Both the position numbers and the translations under genes were made by a program. Under the pieces are notes generated by a model. That model had not been told where the DNA came from. It saw only the letters and a list, made by a program, of their open reading frames with translations, and made no database searches. From NCBI GenBank assembly GCA_964016885.1, contig OZ024743.1:5208001-5272000 (forward strand): 64,000 nt of DNA, given 5' to 3'. Source of the stretch: Eledone cirrhosa (taxonomy: Eukaryota). Below, in pieces: positions 38,201 to 51,357 of this stretch (position 1 is the first letter of the stretch; every line of letters starts with the position of its first letter).

Positions 38201-41200
38201 CTCTCTTCGTTCGATCTCCTTCGTCCGTTTAGTCCCTCTTCACTGCCCCACCACCACCATCCTCCTTCTTTCTGCTTCTTCCTTCCCTTCTCTCTTCGTT
38301 CGATCTCCTTCGTCCGTTTAGTCCCTCTTCACTGCCCCACCACCACCATCCTCCTTCTTTCTGCTTCTTCCTTCCCTTCTCTCTTCGTTCGATCTCCTTC
38401 GTCCGTTTAGTCCCTCTTCACTGCCCCACCACCTCCATCCTCCTTCTTTCTGCTTCTTCCTTCCCTTTCTCTTCAGTCGATCTCCTTCGTCCGTTTAGTC
38501 CCTCTTCACTGCCCCACCACCTCCATCCTCCTTCTTTCTGCTTCTTCCTTCCCTTTCTCTTCAGTCGATCTCCTTCGTCCGTTTAGTCCCTCTTCACTGC
38601 CCCACCACCACCATCCTCCTTCTTTCTGCTTCTTCCTTCCCTTCTCTCTTCGTTCGATCTCCTTCGTCCGTTTAGTCCCTCTTCACTGCCCCACCACCAC
38701 CATCCTCCTTCTTTCTGCTTCTTCCTTCCCTTCTCTCTTCGTTCGATCTCCTTCGTCCGTTTAGTCTCTCTTCACTGCCCCACCACCTCCATCCTCCTTC
38801 TTTCTGCTTCTTCCTTCCCTTTCTCTTCAGTCGATCTCCTTCGTCCGTTTAGTCTCTTTTCACTGCCCCACCACCTCCATCCTCCTTCTTTCTGCTTCTT
38901 CCTTCCCTTTCTCTTCAGTCGATCTCCTTCGTCCGTTTAGTCTCTCTTCACTGCCCCACCTCCACCATCCTCCTTCTTTCTGCTTCTTCCTTCCCTTCTC
39001 TCTTCGTTCGATCTCCTTCGTCCGTTTAGTCCCTCTTCACTGCCCCACCACCTCCATCCTCCTTCTTTCTGCTTCTTCCTTCCCTTTCTCTTCAGTCGAT
39101 CTCCTTCGTCCGTTTAGTCTCTCTTCACTGCCCCACCACCTCCATCCTCCTTCTTTCTGCTTCTTCCTTCCCTTCTCTCTTCGTTCGATCTCCTTCGTCC
39201 GTTTAGTCTCTCTTCACTGCCCCACCACCTCCATCCTCCTTCTTTCTGCTTCTTCCTTCCCTTTCTCTTCGTTCGATCTCCTTCGTCCGTTTAGTCTCTC
39301 TTCACTGCCCCACCACCTCCATCCTCCTTCTTTCTGCTTCTTCCTTCCCTTCTCTCTTCGTTCGATCTCCTTCGCCCGTTTAGTCTCTCTTCACTGCCCC
39401 ACCACCACCATCCTCCTTCTTTCTGCTTCTTCCTTCCCTTCTCTCTTCGTTCGATCTCCTTCGTCCGTTTAGTCTCTCTTCACTGCCCCACCACCACCAT
39501 CCTCCTTCTTTCTGCTTCTTCCTTCCCTTCTCTCTTCGTTCGATCTCCTTCGTCCGTTTAGTCTCTCTTCACTGCCCCACCACCACCATCCTCCTTCTTT
39601 CTGCTTCTTCCTTCCCTTTCTCTTCGTTCGATCTCCTTCACCCGTTTAGTCTCTCTTCACTGCCCCACCACCACCATCCTCCTTCTTTCTGCTTCTTCCT
39701 TCCCTTTCTCTTCGTTCGATCTCCTTCACCCGTTTAGTCTCTCTTCACTGCCCCACCACCACCATCCTCCTTCTTTCTGCTTCTTCCTTCCCTTCTCTCA
39801 TCGTTCGATCTCCTTCGTCCGTTTAGTCTCTCTTCACTGCCCCACCACCTCCATCCTCCTTCTTTCTGCTTCTTCCTTCCCTTCTCTCTTCGTTCGATCT
39901 CCTTCACCCGTTTAGTCTCTCTTCACTGCCCCACCACCTCCATCCTCCTTCTTTCTGCTTCTTCCTTCCCTTCTCTCTTCGTTCGATCTCCTTCACCCGT
40001 TTAGTCTCTCTTCACTGCCCCACCACCTCCATCCTCCTTCTTTCTGCTTCTTCCTTCCCTTCACTCTTCGTTCGATCTCCTTCGTCCGTTTAGTCTCTCT
40101 TCACTGCCCCACCACCTCCATCCTCCTTCTTTCTGCTTCTTCCTTCCCTTCTCTCTTCGTTCGATCTCCTTCGTCCGTTTAGTCCCTCTTCACTGCCCCA
40201 CCACCACCATCCTCCTTCTTTCTGCTTCTTCCTTCCCTTCTCTCTTCGTTCGATCTCCTTCGTCCGTTTAGTCCCTCTTCATTGCCCCACCACCACCATC
40301 CTCCTTCTTTCTGCTTCTTCCTTCCCTTCTCTCTTCGTTCGATCTCCTTCGTCCGTTTAGTCCCTCTTCACTGCCCCACCACCACCATCCTCCTTCTTTC
40401 TGCTTCTTCCTTCCCTTCTCTCTTCGTTCGATCTCCTTCGTCCGTTTAGTCCCTCTTCATTGCCCCACCACCACCATCCTCCTTCTTTCTGCTTCTTCCT
40501 TCCCTTCTCTCTTCGTTCGATCTCCTTCGTCCGTTTAGTCCCTCTTCACTGCCCCACCACCACCATCCTCCTTCTTTCTGCTTCTTCCTTCCCTTCTCTC
40601 TTCGTTCGATCTCCTTCGTCCGTTTAGTCCCTCTTCACTGCCCCACCACCTCCATCCTCCTTCTTTCTGCTTCTTCCTTCCCTTTCTCTTCAGTCGATCT
40701 CCTTCGTCCGTTTAGTCCCTCTTCACTGCCCCACCACCTCCATCCTCCTTCTTTCTGCTTCTTCCTTCCCTTTCTCTTCAGTCGATCTCCTTCGTCCGTT
40801 TAGTCCCTCTTCACTGCCCCACCACCACCATCCTCCTTCTTTCTGCTTCTTCCTTCCCTTCTCTCTTCGTTCGATCTCCTTCGTCCGTTTAGTCCCTCTT
40901 CACTGCCCCACCACCACCATCCTCCTTCTTTCTGCTTCTTCCTTCCCTTCTCTCTTCGTTCGATCTCCTTCGTCCGTTTAGTCCCTCTTCACTGCCCCAC
41001 CACCACCATCCTCCTTCTTTCTGCTTCTTCCTTCCCTTCTCTCTTCGTTCGATCTCCTTCGTCCGTTTAGTCCCTCTTCACTGCCCCACCACCACCATCC
41101 TCCTTCTTTCTGCTTCTTCCTTCCCTTCTCTCTTCGTTCGATCTCCTTCGTCCGTTTAGTCCCTCTTCACTGCCCCACCACCACCATCCTCCTTCTTTCT

Positions 41201-44200
41201 GCTTCTTCCTTCCCTTCTCTCTTCGTTCGATCTCCTTCGTCCGTTTAGTCCCTCTTCACTGCCCCACCACCTCCATCCTCCTTCTTTCTGCTTCTTCCTT
41301 CCCTTTCTCTTCAGTCGATCTCCTTCGTCCGTTTAGTCCCTCTTCACTGCCCCACCACCTCCATCCTCCTTCTTTCTGCTTCTTCCTTCCCTTTCTCTTC
41401 AGTCGATCTCCTTCGTCCGTTTAGTCCCTCTTCACTGCCCCACCACCACCATCCTCCTTCTTTCTGCTTCTTCCTTCCCTTCTCTCTTCGTTCGATCTCC
41501 TTCGTCCGTTTAGTCCCTCTTCACTGCCCCACCACCACCATCCTCCTTCTTTCTGCTTCTTCCTTCCCTTCTCTCTTCGTTCGATCTCCTTCGTCCGTTT
41601 AGTCTCTCTTCACTGCCCCACCACCTCCATCCTCCTTCTTTCTGCTTCTTCCTTCCCTTTCTCTTCAGTCGATCTCCTTCGTCCGTTTAGTCTCTTTTCA
41701 CTGCCCCACCACCTCCATCCTCCTTCTTTCTGCTTCTTCCTTCCCTTTCTCTTCAGTCGATCTCCTTCGTCCGTTTAGTCTCTCTTCACTGCCCCACCTC
41801 CACCATCCTCCTTCTTTCTGCTTCTTCCTTCCCTTCTCTCTTCGTTCGATCTCCTTCGTCCGTTTAGTCCCTCTTCACTGCCCCACCACCTCCATCCTCC
41901 TTCTTTCTGCTTCTTCCTTCCCTTTCTCTTCAGTCGATCTCCTTCGTCCGTTTAGTCTCTCTTCACTGCCCCACCACCTCCATCCTCCTTCTTTCTGCTT
42001 CTTCCTTCCCTTCTCTCTTCGTTCGATCTCCTTCGTCCGTTTAGTCTCTCTTCACTGCCCCACCACCTCCATCCTCCTTCTTTCTGCTTCTTCCTTCCCT
42101 TTCTCTTCGTTCGATCTCCTTCGTCCGTTTAGTCTCTCTTCACTGCCCCACCACCTCCATCCTCCTTCTTTCTGCTTCTTCCTTCCCTTCTCTCTTCGTT
42201 CGATCTCCTTCGCCCGTTTAGTCTCTCTTCACTGCCCCACCACCACCATCCTCCTTCTTTCTGCTTCTTCCTTCCCTTCTCTCTTCGTTCGATCTCCTTC
42301 GTCCGTTTAGTCTCTCTTCACTGCCCCACCACCACCATCCTCCTTCTTTCTGCTTCTTCCTTCCCTTCTCTCTTCGTTCGATCTCCTTCGTCCGTTTAGT
42401 CTCTCTTCACTGCCCCACCACCACCATCCTCCTTCTTTCTGCTTCTTCCTTCCCTTTCTCTTCGTTCGATCTCCTTCACCCGTTTAGTCTCTCTTCACTG
42501 CCCCACCACCACCATCCTCCTTCTTTCTGCTTCTTCCTTCCCTTTCTCTTCGTTCGATCTCCTTCACCCGTTTAGTCTCTCTTCACTGCCCCACCACCAC
42601 CATCCTCCTTCTTTCTGCTTCTTCCTTCCCTTCTCTCATCGTTCGATCTCCTTCGTCCGTTTAGTCTCTCTTCACTGCCCCACCACCTCCATCCTCCTTC
42701 TTTCTGCTTCTTCCTTCCCTTCTCTCTTCGTTCGATCTCCTTCACCCGTTTAGTCTCTCTTCACTGCCCCACCACCTCCATCCTCCTTCTTTCTGCTTCT
42801 TCCTTCCCTTCTCTCTTCGTTCGATCTCCTTCACCCGTTTAGTCTCTCTTCACTGCCCCACCACCTCCATCCTCCTTCTTTCTGCTTCTTCCTTCCCTTC
42901 ACTCTTCGTTCGATCTCCTTCGTCCGTTTAGTCTCTCTTCACTGCCCCACCACCTCCATCCTCCTTCTTTCTGCTTCTTCCTTCCCTTCTCTCTTCGTTC
43001 GATCTCCTTCGTCCGTTTAGTCCCTCTTCACTGCCCCACCACCACCATCCTCCTTCTTTCTGCTTCTTCCTTCCCTTCTCTCTTCGTTCGATCTCCTTCG
43101 TCCGTTTAGTCCCTCTTCATTGCCCCACCACCACCATCCTCCTTCTTTCTGCTTCTTCCTTCCCTTCTCTCTTCGTTCGATCTCCTTCGTCCGTTTAGTC
43201 CCTCTTCACTGCCCCACCACCACCATCCTCCTTCTTTCTGCTTCTTCCTTCCCTTCTCTCTTCGTTCGATCTCCTTCGTCCGTTTAGTCCCTCTTCATTG
43301 CCCCACCACCACCATCCTCCTTCTTTCTGCTTCTTCCTTCCCTTCTCTCTTCGTTCGATCTCCTTCGTCCGTTTAGTCCCTCTTCACTGCCCCACCACCA
43401 CCATCCTCCTTCTTTCTGCTTCTTCCTTCCCTTCTCTCTTCGTTCGATCTCCTTCGTCCGTTTAGTCCCTCTTCACTGCCCCACCACCTCCATCCTCCTT
43501 CTTTCTGCTTCTTCCTTCCCTTTCTCTTCAGTCGATCTCCTTCGTCCGTTTAGTCCCTCTTCACTGCCCCACCACCTCCATCCTCCTTCTTTCTGCTTCT
43601 TCCTTCCCTTTCTCTTCAGTCGATCTCCTTCGTCCGTTTAGTCCCTCTTCACTGCCCCACCACCACCATCCTCCTTCTTTCTGCTTCTTCCTTCCCTTCT
43701 CTCTTCGTTCGATCTCCTTCGTCCGTTTAGTCCCTCTTCACTGCCCCACCACCACCATCCTCCTTCTTTCTGCTTCTTCCTTCCCTTCTCTCTTCGTTCG
43801 ATCTCCTTCGTCCGTTTAGTCCCTCTTCACTGCCCCACCACCACCATCCTCCTTCTTTCTGCTTCTTCCTTCCCTTCTCTCTTCGTTCGATCTCCTTCGT
43901 CCGTTTAGTCCCTCTTCACTGCCCCACCACCACCATCCTCCTTCTTTCTGCTTCTTCCTTCCCTTCTCTCTTCGTTCGATCTCCTTCGTCCGTTTAGTCC
44001 CTCTTCACTGCCCCACCACCACCATCCTCCTTCTTTCTGCTTCTTCCTTCCCTTCTCTCTTCGTTCGATCTCCTTCGTCCGTTTAGTCCCTCTTCACTGC
44101 CCCACCACCTCCATCCTCCTTCTTTCTGCTTCTTCCTTCCCTTTCTCTTCAGTCGATCTCCTTCGTCCGTTTAGTCCCTCTTCACTGCCCCACCACCTCC

Positions 44201-47200
44201 ATCCTCCTTCTTTCTGCTTCTTCCTTCCCTTTCTCTTCAGTCGATCTCCTTCGTCCGTTTAGTCCCTCTTCACTGCCCCACCACCACCATCCTCCTTCTT
44301 TCTGCTTCTTCCTTCCCTTCTCTCTTCGTTCGATCTCCTTCGTCCGTTTAGTCCCTCTTCACTGCCCCACCACCACCATCCTCCTTCTTTCTGCTTCTTC
44401 CTTCCCTTCTCTCTTCGTTCGATCTCCTTCGTCCGTTTAGTCTCTCTTCACTGCCCCACCACCTCCATCCTCCTTCTTTCTGCTTCTTCCTTCCCTTTCT
44501 CTTCAGTCGATCTCCTTCGTCCGTTTAGTCTCTTTTCACTGCCCCACCACCTCCATCCTCCTTCTTTCTGCTTCTTCCTTCCCTTTCTCTTCAGTCGATC
44601 TCCTTCGTCCGTTTAGTCTCTCTTCACTGCCCCACCTCCACCATCCTCCTTCTTTCTGCTTCTTCCTTCCCTTCTCTCTTCGTTCGATCTCCTTCGTCCG
44701 TTTAGTCCCTCTTCACTGCCCCACCACCTCCATCCTCCTTCTTTCTGCTTCTTCCTTCCCTTTCTCTTCAGTCGATCTCCTTCGTCCGTTTAGTCTCTCT
44801 TCACTGCCCCACCACCTCCATCCTCCTTCTTTCTGCTTCTTCCTTCCCTTCTCTCTTCGTTCGATCTCCTTCGTCCGTTTAGTCTCTCTTCACTGCCCCA
44901 CCACCTCCATCCTCCTTCTTTCTGCTTCTTCCTTCCCTTCTCTCTTCGTTCGATCTCCTTCGTCCGTTTAGTCTCTCTTCACTGCCCCACCACCTCCATC
45001 CTCCTTCTTTCTGCTTCTTCCTTCCCTTTCTCTTCGTTCGATCTCCTTCGTCCGTTTAGTCTCTCTTCACTGCCCCACCACCTCCATCCTCCTTCTTTCT
45101 GCTTCTTCCTTCCCTTCTCTCTTCGTTCGATCTCCTTCGCCCGTTTAGTCTCTCTTCACTACCCCACCACCACCATCCTCCTTCTTTCTGCTTCTTCCTT
45201 CCCTTCTCTCTTCGTTCGATCTCCTTCGTCCGTTTAGTCTCTCTTCACTGCCCCACCACCACCATCCTCCTTCTTTCTGCTTCTTCCTTCCCTTCTCTCT
45301 TCGTTCGATCTCCTTCGTCCGTTTAGTCTCTCTTCACTGCCCCACCACCACCATCCTCCTTCTTTCTGCTTCTTCCTTCCCTTTCTCTTCGTTCGATCTC
45401 CTTCACCCGTTTAGTCTCTCTTCACTGCCCCACCACCACCATCCTCCTTCTTTCTGCTTCTTCCTTCCCTTTCTCTTCGTTCGATCTCCTTCACCCGTTT
45501 AGTCTCTCTTCACTGCCCCACCACCACCATCCTCCTTCTTTCTGCTTCTTCCTTCCCTTCTCTCATCGTTCGATCTCCTTCGTCCGTTTAGTCTCTCTTC
45601 ACTGCCCCACCACCTCCATCCTCCTTCTTTCTGCTTCTTCCTTCCCTTCTCTCTTCGTTCGATCTCCTTCACCCGTTTAGTCTCTCTTCACTGCCCCACC
45701 ACCTCCATCCTCCTTCTTTCTGCTTCTTCCTTCCCTTCTCTCTTCGTTCGATCTCCTTCACCCGTTTAGTCTCTCTTCACTGCCCCACCACCTCCATCCT
45801 CCTTCTTTCTGCTTCTTCCTTCCCTTCACTCTTCGTTCGATCTCCTTCGTCCGTTTAGTCTCTCTTCACTGCCCCACCACCTCCATCCTCCTTCTTTCTG
45901 CTTCTTCCTTCCCTTCTCTCTTCGTTCGATCTCCTTCACCCGTTTAGTCTCTCTTCACTGCCCCACCACCTCCATCCTCCTTCTTTCTGCTTCTTCCTTC
46001 CCTTCTCTCTTCGTTCGATCTCCTTCACCTGTTTAGTCTCTCTTCACTGCCCCACCACCTCCATCCTCCTTCTTTCTGCTTCTTCCTTCCCTTCTCTCTT
46101 CGTTCGATCTCCTTCGTCCGTTTAGTCTCTCTTCACTGCCCCACCACCTCCATCCTCCTTCTTTCTGCTTCTTCCTTCCCTTCTCTCTTCGTTCGATCTC
46201 CTTCGCCCGTTTAGTCTCTCTTCACTGCCCCACCACCTCCATCCTCCTTCTTTCTGCTTCTTCCTTCCCTTCTCTCTTCGTTCGATCTCCTTCACCCGTT
46301 TAGTCTCTCTTCACTGCCCCACCACCTCCATCCTCCTTCTTTCTGCTTCTTCCTTCCCTTTCTCTTCGTTCGATCTCCTTCGTCCGTTTTGTCTCTCTTC
46401 ACTGCCCCACCACCTCCATCCTCCTTCTTTCTGCTTCTTGCTTCCCTTTCTCTTCGTTCGATCTCCTTCGTCCGTTTAGTCTCTCTTCACTGCCCCACCA
46501 CCTCCATCCTCCTTTTTTCTGCTTCTTCCTTCCCTTCTCTCTTCGTTCGATCTCCTTCGTCCGTTTAGTCTCTTTTCACTGCCCCACCACCACCATCCTC
46601 CTTCTTTCTGCTTCTTCCTTCCCTTCTCTCTTCGTTCGATCTCCTTCGTCCGTTTAGTCTCTCTTCACTGCCCCACCACCTCCATCCTCCTTCTTTCTGC
46701 TTCTTCCTTCCCTTCTCTCTTCGTTCGATCTCCTTCGTCCGTTTAGTCTCTCTTCACTGCCCCACCACCTCCATCCTCCTTCTTTCTGCTTCTTCCTTCC
46801 CTTCTCACTTCGTTCGATCTCCTTCGTCCGTTTAGTCTCTCTTCACTGCCCCACCACCTCCATCCTCCTTCTTTCTGCTTCTTCCTTCGCTTTCTCTTCG
46901 TTCGATCTCCTTCGTCCGTTTAGTCTCTCTTCACTGCCCCACCACCTCCATCCTCCTTCTTTCTGCTTCTTCCTTCCCTTCTCTCTTCGTTCGATCTCCT
47001 TCACCCGTTTAGTCTCTCTTCACTGCCCCACCACCACCATCCTCCTTCTTTCTGCTTCTTCCTTCCCTTCTCTCTTCGTTCGATCTCCTTCGTCCGTTTA
47101 GTCTCTCTTCACTGCCCCACCACCTCCATCCTCCTTCTTTCTGCTTCTTCCTTCCCTTCTCTCTTCGTTCGATCTCCTTCGTCCGTTTAGTCTCTCTTCA

Positions 47201-50200
47201 CTGCCCCACCACCTCCATCCTCCTTCTTTCTGCTTCTTCCTTCCCTTTCTCTTCGTTCGATCTCCTTCGTCAGTTTAGTCTCTCTTCACTGCCCCACCAC
47301 CACCATCCTCCTTCTTTCTGCTTCTTGCTTCCCTTTCTCTTCGTTCGATCTCCTTCGTCCGTTTAGTCTCTCTTCACTGCCCCACCACCTCCATCCTCCT
47401 TTTTTCTGCTTCTTCCTTCCCTTCTCTCTTCGTTCGATCTCCTTCGTCCGTTTAGTCTCTCTTCACTGCCCCACCACCTCCATCCTCCTTCTTTCTGCTT
47501 CTTCCTTCCCTTCTCTCTTCGTTCGATCTCCTTCACCCGTTTAGTCTCTCTTCACTGCCCCACCACCTCCATCCTCCTTCTTTCTGCTTCTTCCTTCCCT
47601 TCTCTCTTCGTTCGATCTCCTTCACCCGTTTAGTCTCTCTTCACTGCCCCACCACCTCCATCCTCCTTCTTTCTGCTTCTTCCTTCCCTTCTCTCTTCGT
47701 TCGATCTCCTTCGTCCGTTTAGTCTCTCTTCGCTGCCCCACCACCTCCATCCTCCTTCTTTCTGCTTCTTCCTTCCCTTTCTCTTCGTTCGATCTCCTTC
47801 GTCCGTTTAGTCTCTCTTCACTGCCCCACCACCACCATCCTCCTTCTTTCTGCTTCTTCCTTCCCTTCTCTCTTCGTTCGATCTCCTTCGTCCGTTTAGT
47901 CTCTCTTCACTGCCCCACCACCATCCTCCTTCTTTCTGCTTCTTCCTTCCCTTCTCTCTTCGTTCGATCTCCTTCGTCCGTTTAGTCCCTCTTCACTGCC
48001 CCACCACCTCCATCCTCCTTCTTTCTGCTTCTTCCTTCCCTTTCTCTTCGTTCGATCTCCTTCGTCCGTTTAGTCTCTTTTCACTGCCCCACCACCTCCA
48101 TCCTCCTTCTTTCTGCTTCTTCCTTCCCTTCTCTCTTCGTTCGATCTCCTTCACCCGTTTAGTCTCTCTTCACTGCCCCACCACCACCATCCTCCTTCTT
48201 TCTGCTTCTTCCTTCCCTTCTCTCTTCGTTCGATCTCCTTCGTCCGTTTAGTCTCTCTTCACTGCCCCACCACCTCCATCCTCCTTCTTTCTGCTTCTTC
48301 CTTCCCTTTCTCTTCCTTCGATCTCCTTCGTCCGTTTAGTCTCTCTTCACTGCCCCACCACCTCCATCCTCCTTCTTTCTGCTTCTTCCTTCCCTTCTCT
48401 CTTCGTTCGATCTCCTTCACCCGTTTAGTGTCTCTTCACTGCCCCACCACCACCATCCTCCTTCTTTCTGCTTCTTCCTTCCCTTCTCTCTTCGTTCGAT
48501 CTCCTTCGTCCGTTTAGTCTCTCTTCACTGCCCCACCACCTCCATCCTCCTTCTTTCTGCTTCTTCCTTCCCTTCTCTCTTCGTTCGATCTCCTTCGTCC
48601 GTTTAGTCTCTCTTCACTGCCCCACCACCTCCATCCTCCTTCTTTCTGCTTCTTCCTTCCCTTTCTCTTCGTTCGATCTCCTTCGTCAGTTTAGTCTCTC
48701 TTCACTGCCCCACCACCACCATCCTCCTTCTTTCTGCTTCTTCCTTCCCTTCTCTCTTCGTTCGATCTTTTTCACCCGTTTAGTCTCTCTTCACTGCCCC
48801 ACCACCTCCATCCTCCTTCTTTCTGCTTCTTCCTTCCCTTTCTCTTCGTTCGATCTCCTTCGTCAGTTTAGTCTCTCTTCACTGCCCCACCACCACCATC
48901 CTCCTTCTTTCTGCTTCTTCCTTCCCTTCTCTCTTCGTTCGATCTCCTTCACCCGTTTAGTCTCTCTTCACTGCCCCACCACCTCCATCCTCCTTCTTTC
49001 TGCTTCTTCCTTCCCTTCTCTCTTCGTTCGATCTCCTTCACCCGTTTAGTCTCTCTTCACTGCCCCACCACCTCCATCCTCCTTCTTTCTGCTTCTTCCT
49101 TCCCTTCTCTCTTCGTTCGATCTCCTTCACCCGTTTAGTCTCTCTTCACTGCCCCACCACCTCCATCCTCCTTCTTTCTGCTTCTTCCTTCCCTTTCTCT
49201 TCGTTCGATCTCCTTCGTCAGTTTAGTCTCTCTTCACTGCCCCACCACCACCATCCTCCTTCTTTCTGCTTCTTCCTTCCCTTCTCTCTTCGTTCGATCT
49301 CCTTCACCCGTTTAGTCTCTCTTCACTGCCCCACCACCTCCATCCTCCTTCTTTCTGCTTCTTCCTTCCCTTCTCTCTTCGTTCGATCTCCTTCACCCGT
49401 TTAGTCTCTCTTCACTGCCCCACCACCTCCATCCTCCTTCTTTCTGCTTCTTCCTTCCCTTTCTCTTCGTTCGATCTCCTTCGTCAGTTTAGTCTCTCTT
49501 CACTGCCCCACCACCACCATCCTCCTTCTTTCTGCTTCTTCCTTCCCTTCTCTCTTCGTTCGATCTCCTTCACCCGTTTAGTCTCTCTTCACTGCCCCAC
49601 CACCTCCATCCTCCTTCTTTCTGCTTCTTCCTTCCCTTCTCTCTTCGTTCGATCTCCTTCACCCGTTTAGTCTCTCTTCACTGCCCCACCACCTCCATCC
49701 TCCTTCTTTCTGCTTCTTCCTTCCCTTCTCTCTTCGTTCGATCTCCTTCACCCGTTTAGTCTCTCTTCACTGCCCCACCACCTCCATCCTCCTTCTTTCT
49801 GCTTCTTCCTTCCCTTCTCTCTTCGTTCGATCTCCTTCACCCGTTTAGTCTCTCTTCACTGCCCCACCACCTCCATCCTCCTTCTTTCTGCTTCTTCCTT
49901 CCCTTCTCTCTTCGTTCGATCTCCTTCGTCCGTTTAGTCTCTCTTCACTGCCCCACCACCTCCATCCTCCTTCTTTCTGCTTCTTCCTTCCCTTCTCTCT
50001 TCGTTCGATCTCCTTCACCCGTTTAGTCTCTCTTCACTGCCCCACCACCTCCATCCTCCTTCTTTCTGCTTCTTCCTTCCCTTCTCTCTTCGTTCGATCT
50101 CCTTCACCCGTTTAGTCTCTCTTCACTGCCCCACCACCTCCATCCTCCTTCTTTCTGCTTCTTCCTTCCCTTCTCTCTTCGTTCGATCTCCTTCGTCCGT

Positions 50201-51357
50201 TTAGTCTCTCTTCACTGCCCCACCACCTCCATCCTCCTTCTTTCTGCTTCTTCCTTCCCTTCTCTCTTCGTTCGATCTCCTTCGTCCGTTTAGTCTCTCT
50301 TCACTGCCCCACCACCTCCATCCTCCTTCTTTCTGCTTCTTCCTTCCCTTCTCTCTTCGTCCGTTTAGTCTCTCTTCACTGCCCCACCACCTCCATCCTC
50401 CTTCTTTCTGCTTCTTCCTTCCCTTCTCTCTTCGTTCGATCTCCTTCACCCGTTTAGTCTCTCTTCACTGCCCCACCACCTCCATCCTCCTTCTTTCTGC
50501 TTCTTCCTTCCCTTCTCTCTTCGTTCGATCTCCTTCGTCCGTTTAGTCTCTCTTCACTGCCCCACCACCTCCATCCTCCTTCTTTCTGCTTCTTCCTTCC
50601 CTTCTCTCTTCGTTCGATCTCCTTCACCCGTTTAGTCTCTCTTCACTGCTCCACCACCTCCATCCTCCTTCTTTCTGCTTCTTCCTTCCCTTCTCTCTTC
50701 GTTCGATCTCCTTCACCCGTTTAGTCTCTCTTCACTGCCCCACCACCTCCATCCTCCTTCTTTCTGCTTCTTCCTTCCCTTTCTCTTCGTTCGATCTCCT
50801 TCGTCCGTTTAGTCTCTCTTCACTGCCCCACCACCTGCATCCTCCTTCTTTCTGCTTCTTCCTTCCCTTCTCTCTTCGTTCGATCTCCTTCGTCCGTTTA
50901 GTCTCTCTTCACTGCCCCACCACCTCCATCCTCCTTCTTTCTGCTTCTTCCTTCCCTTCTCTCTTCGTCCGTTTAGTCTCTCTTCACTGCCCCACCACCT
51001 CCATCCTCCTTCTTTCTGCTTCTTCCTTCCCTTCTCTCTTCGTTCGATCTCCTTCGCCCGTTTAGTCTCTCTTCACTGCCCCACCACCTCCATCCTCCTT
51101 CTTTCTGCTTCTTCCTTCCCTTCTCTCTTCGTTCGATCTCCTTCGCCCGTTTAGTCTCTCTTCACTGCCCCACCACCTCCATCCTCCTTCTTTCTGCTTC
51201 TTCCTTCCCTTCTCTCTTCGTTCGATCTCCTTCGCCCGTTTAGTCTCTCTTCACTGCCCCACCACCTCCATCCTCCTTCTTTCTGCTTCTTCCTTCCCTT
51301 TCTCTTCGTTCGATCTCCTTCGCCCGTTTAGTCTCTCTTCACTGCCCCACCACCTCC
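20213..51357. repeat. ~31-kb tandem satellite array, 89-bp monomer, ~350 copies
   Basis: Consensus CGTTCGATCTCCTTCGTCCGTTTAGTCTCTCTTCACTGCCCCACCACCTCCATCCTCCTTCTTTCTGCTTCTTCCTTCCCTTCTCTCTT; period 89 counted directly (20641 to 20730); 88-bp and 75-bp variants; no inserted elements seen. Confidence 0.99.

Noticed and set aside
20257-50449. ORFs within the satellite (e.g. 20257-20649, 34944-35129, 50201-50449)
   Set aside because: The 89-bp period shifts frame every unit and hits TAA about every third unit; the peptides are artefacts of the repeat.
20213-51357. CRISPR-like array or hammerhead-containing satellite
   Set aside because: There are no unique spacers or cas genes. The minus strand has GTGAAGAG...CGAAGG, not CTGANGA...GAAA, and no supporting stems.
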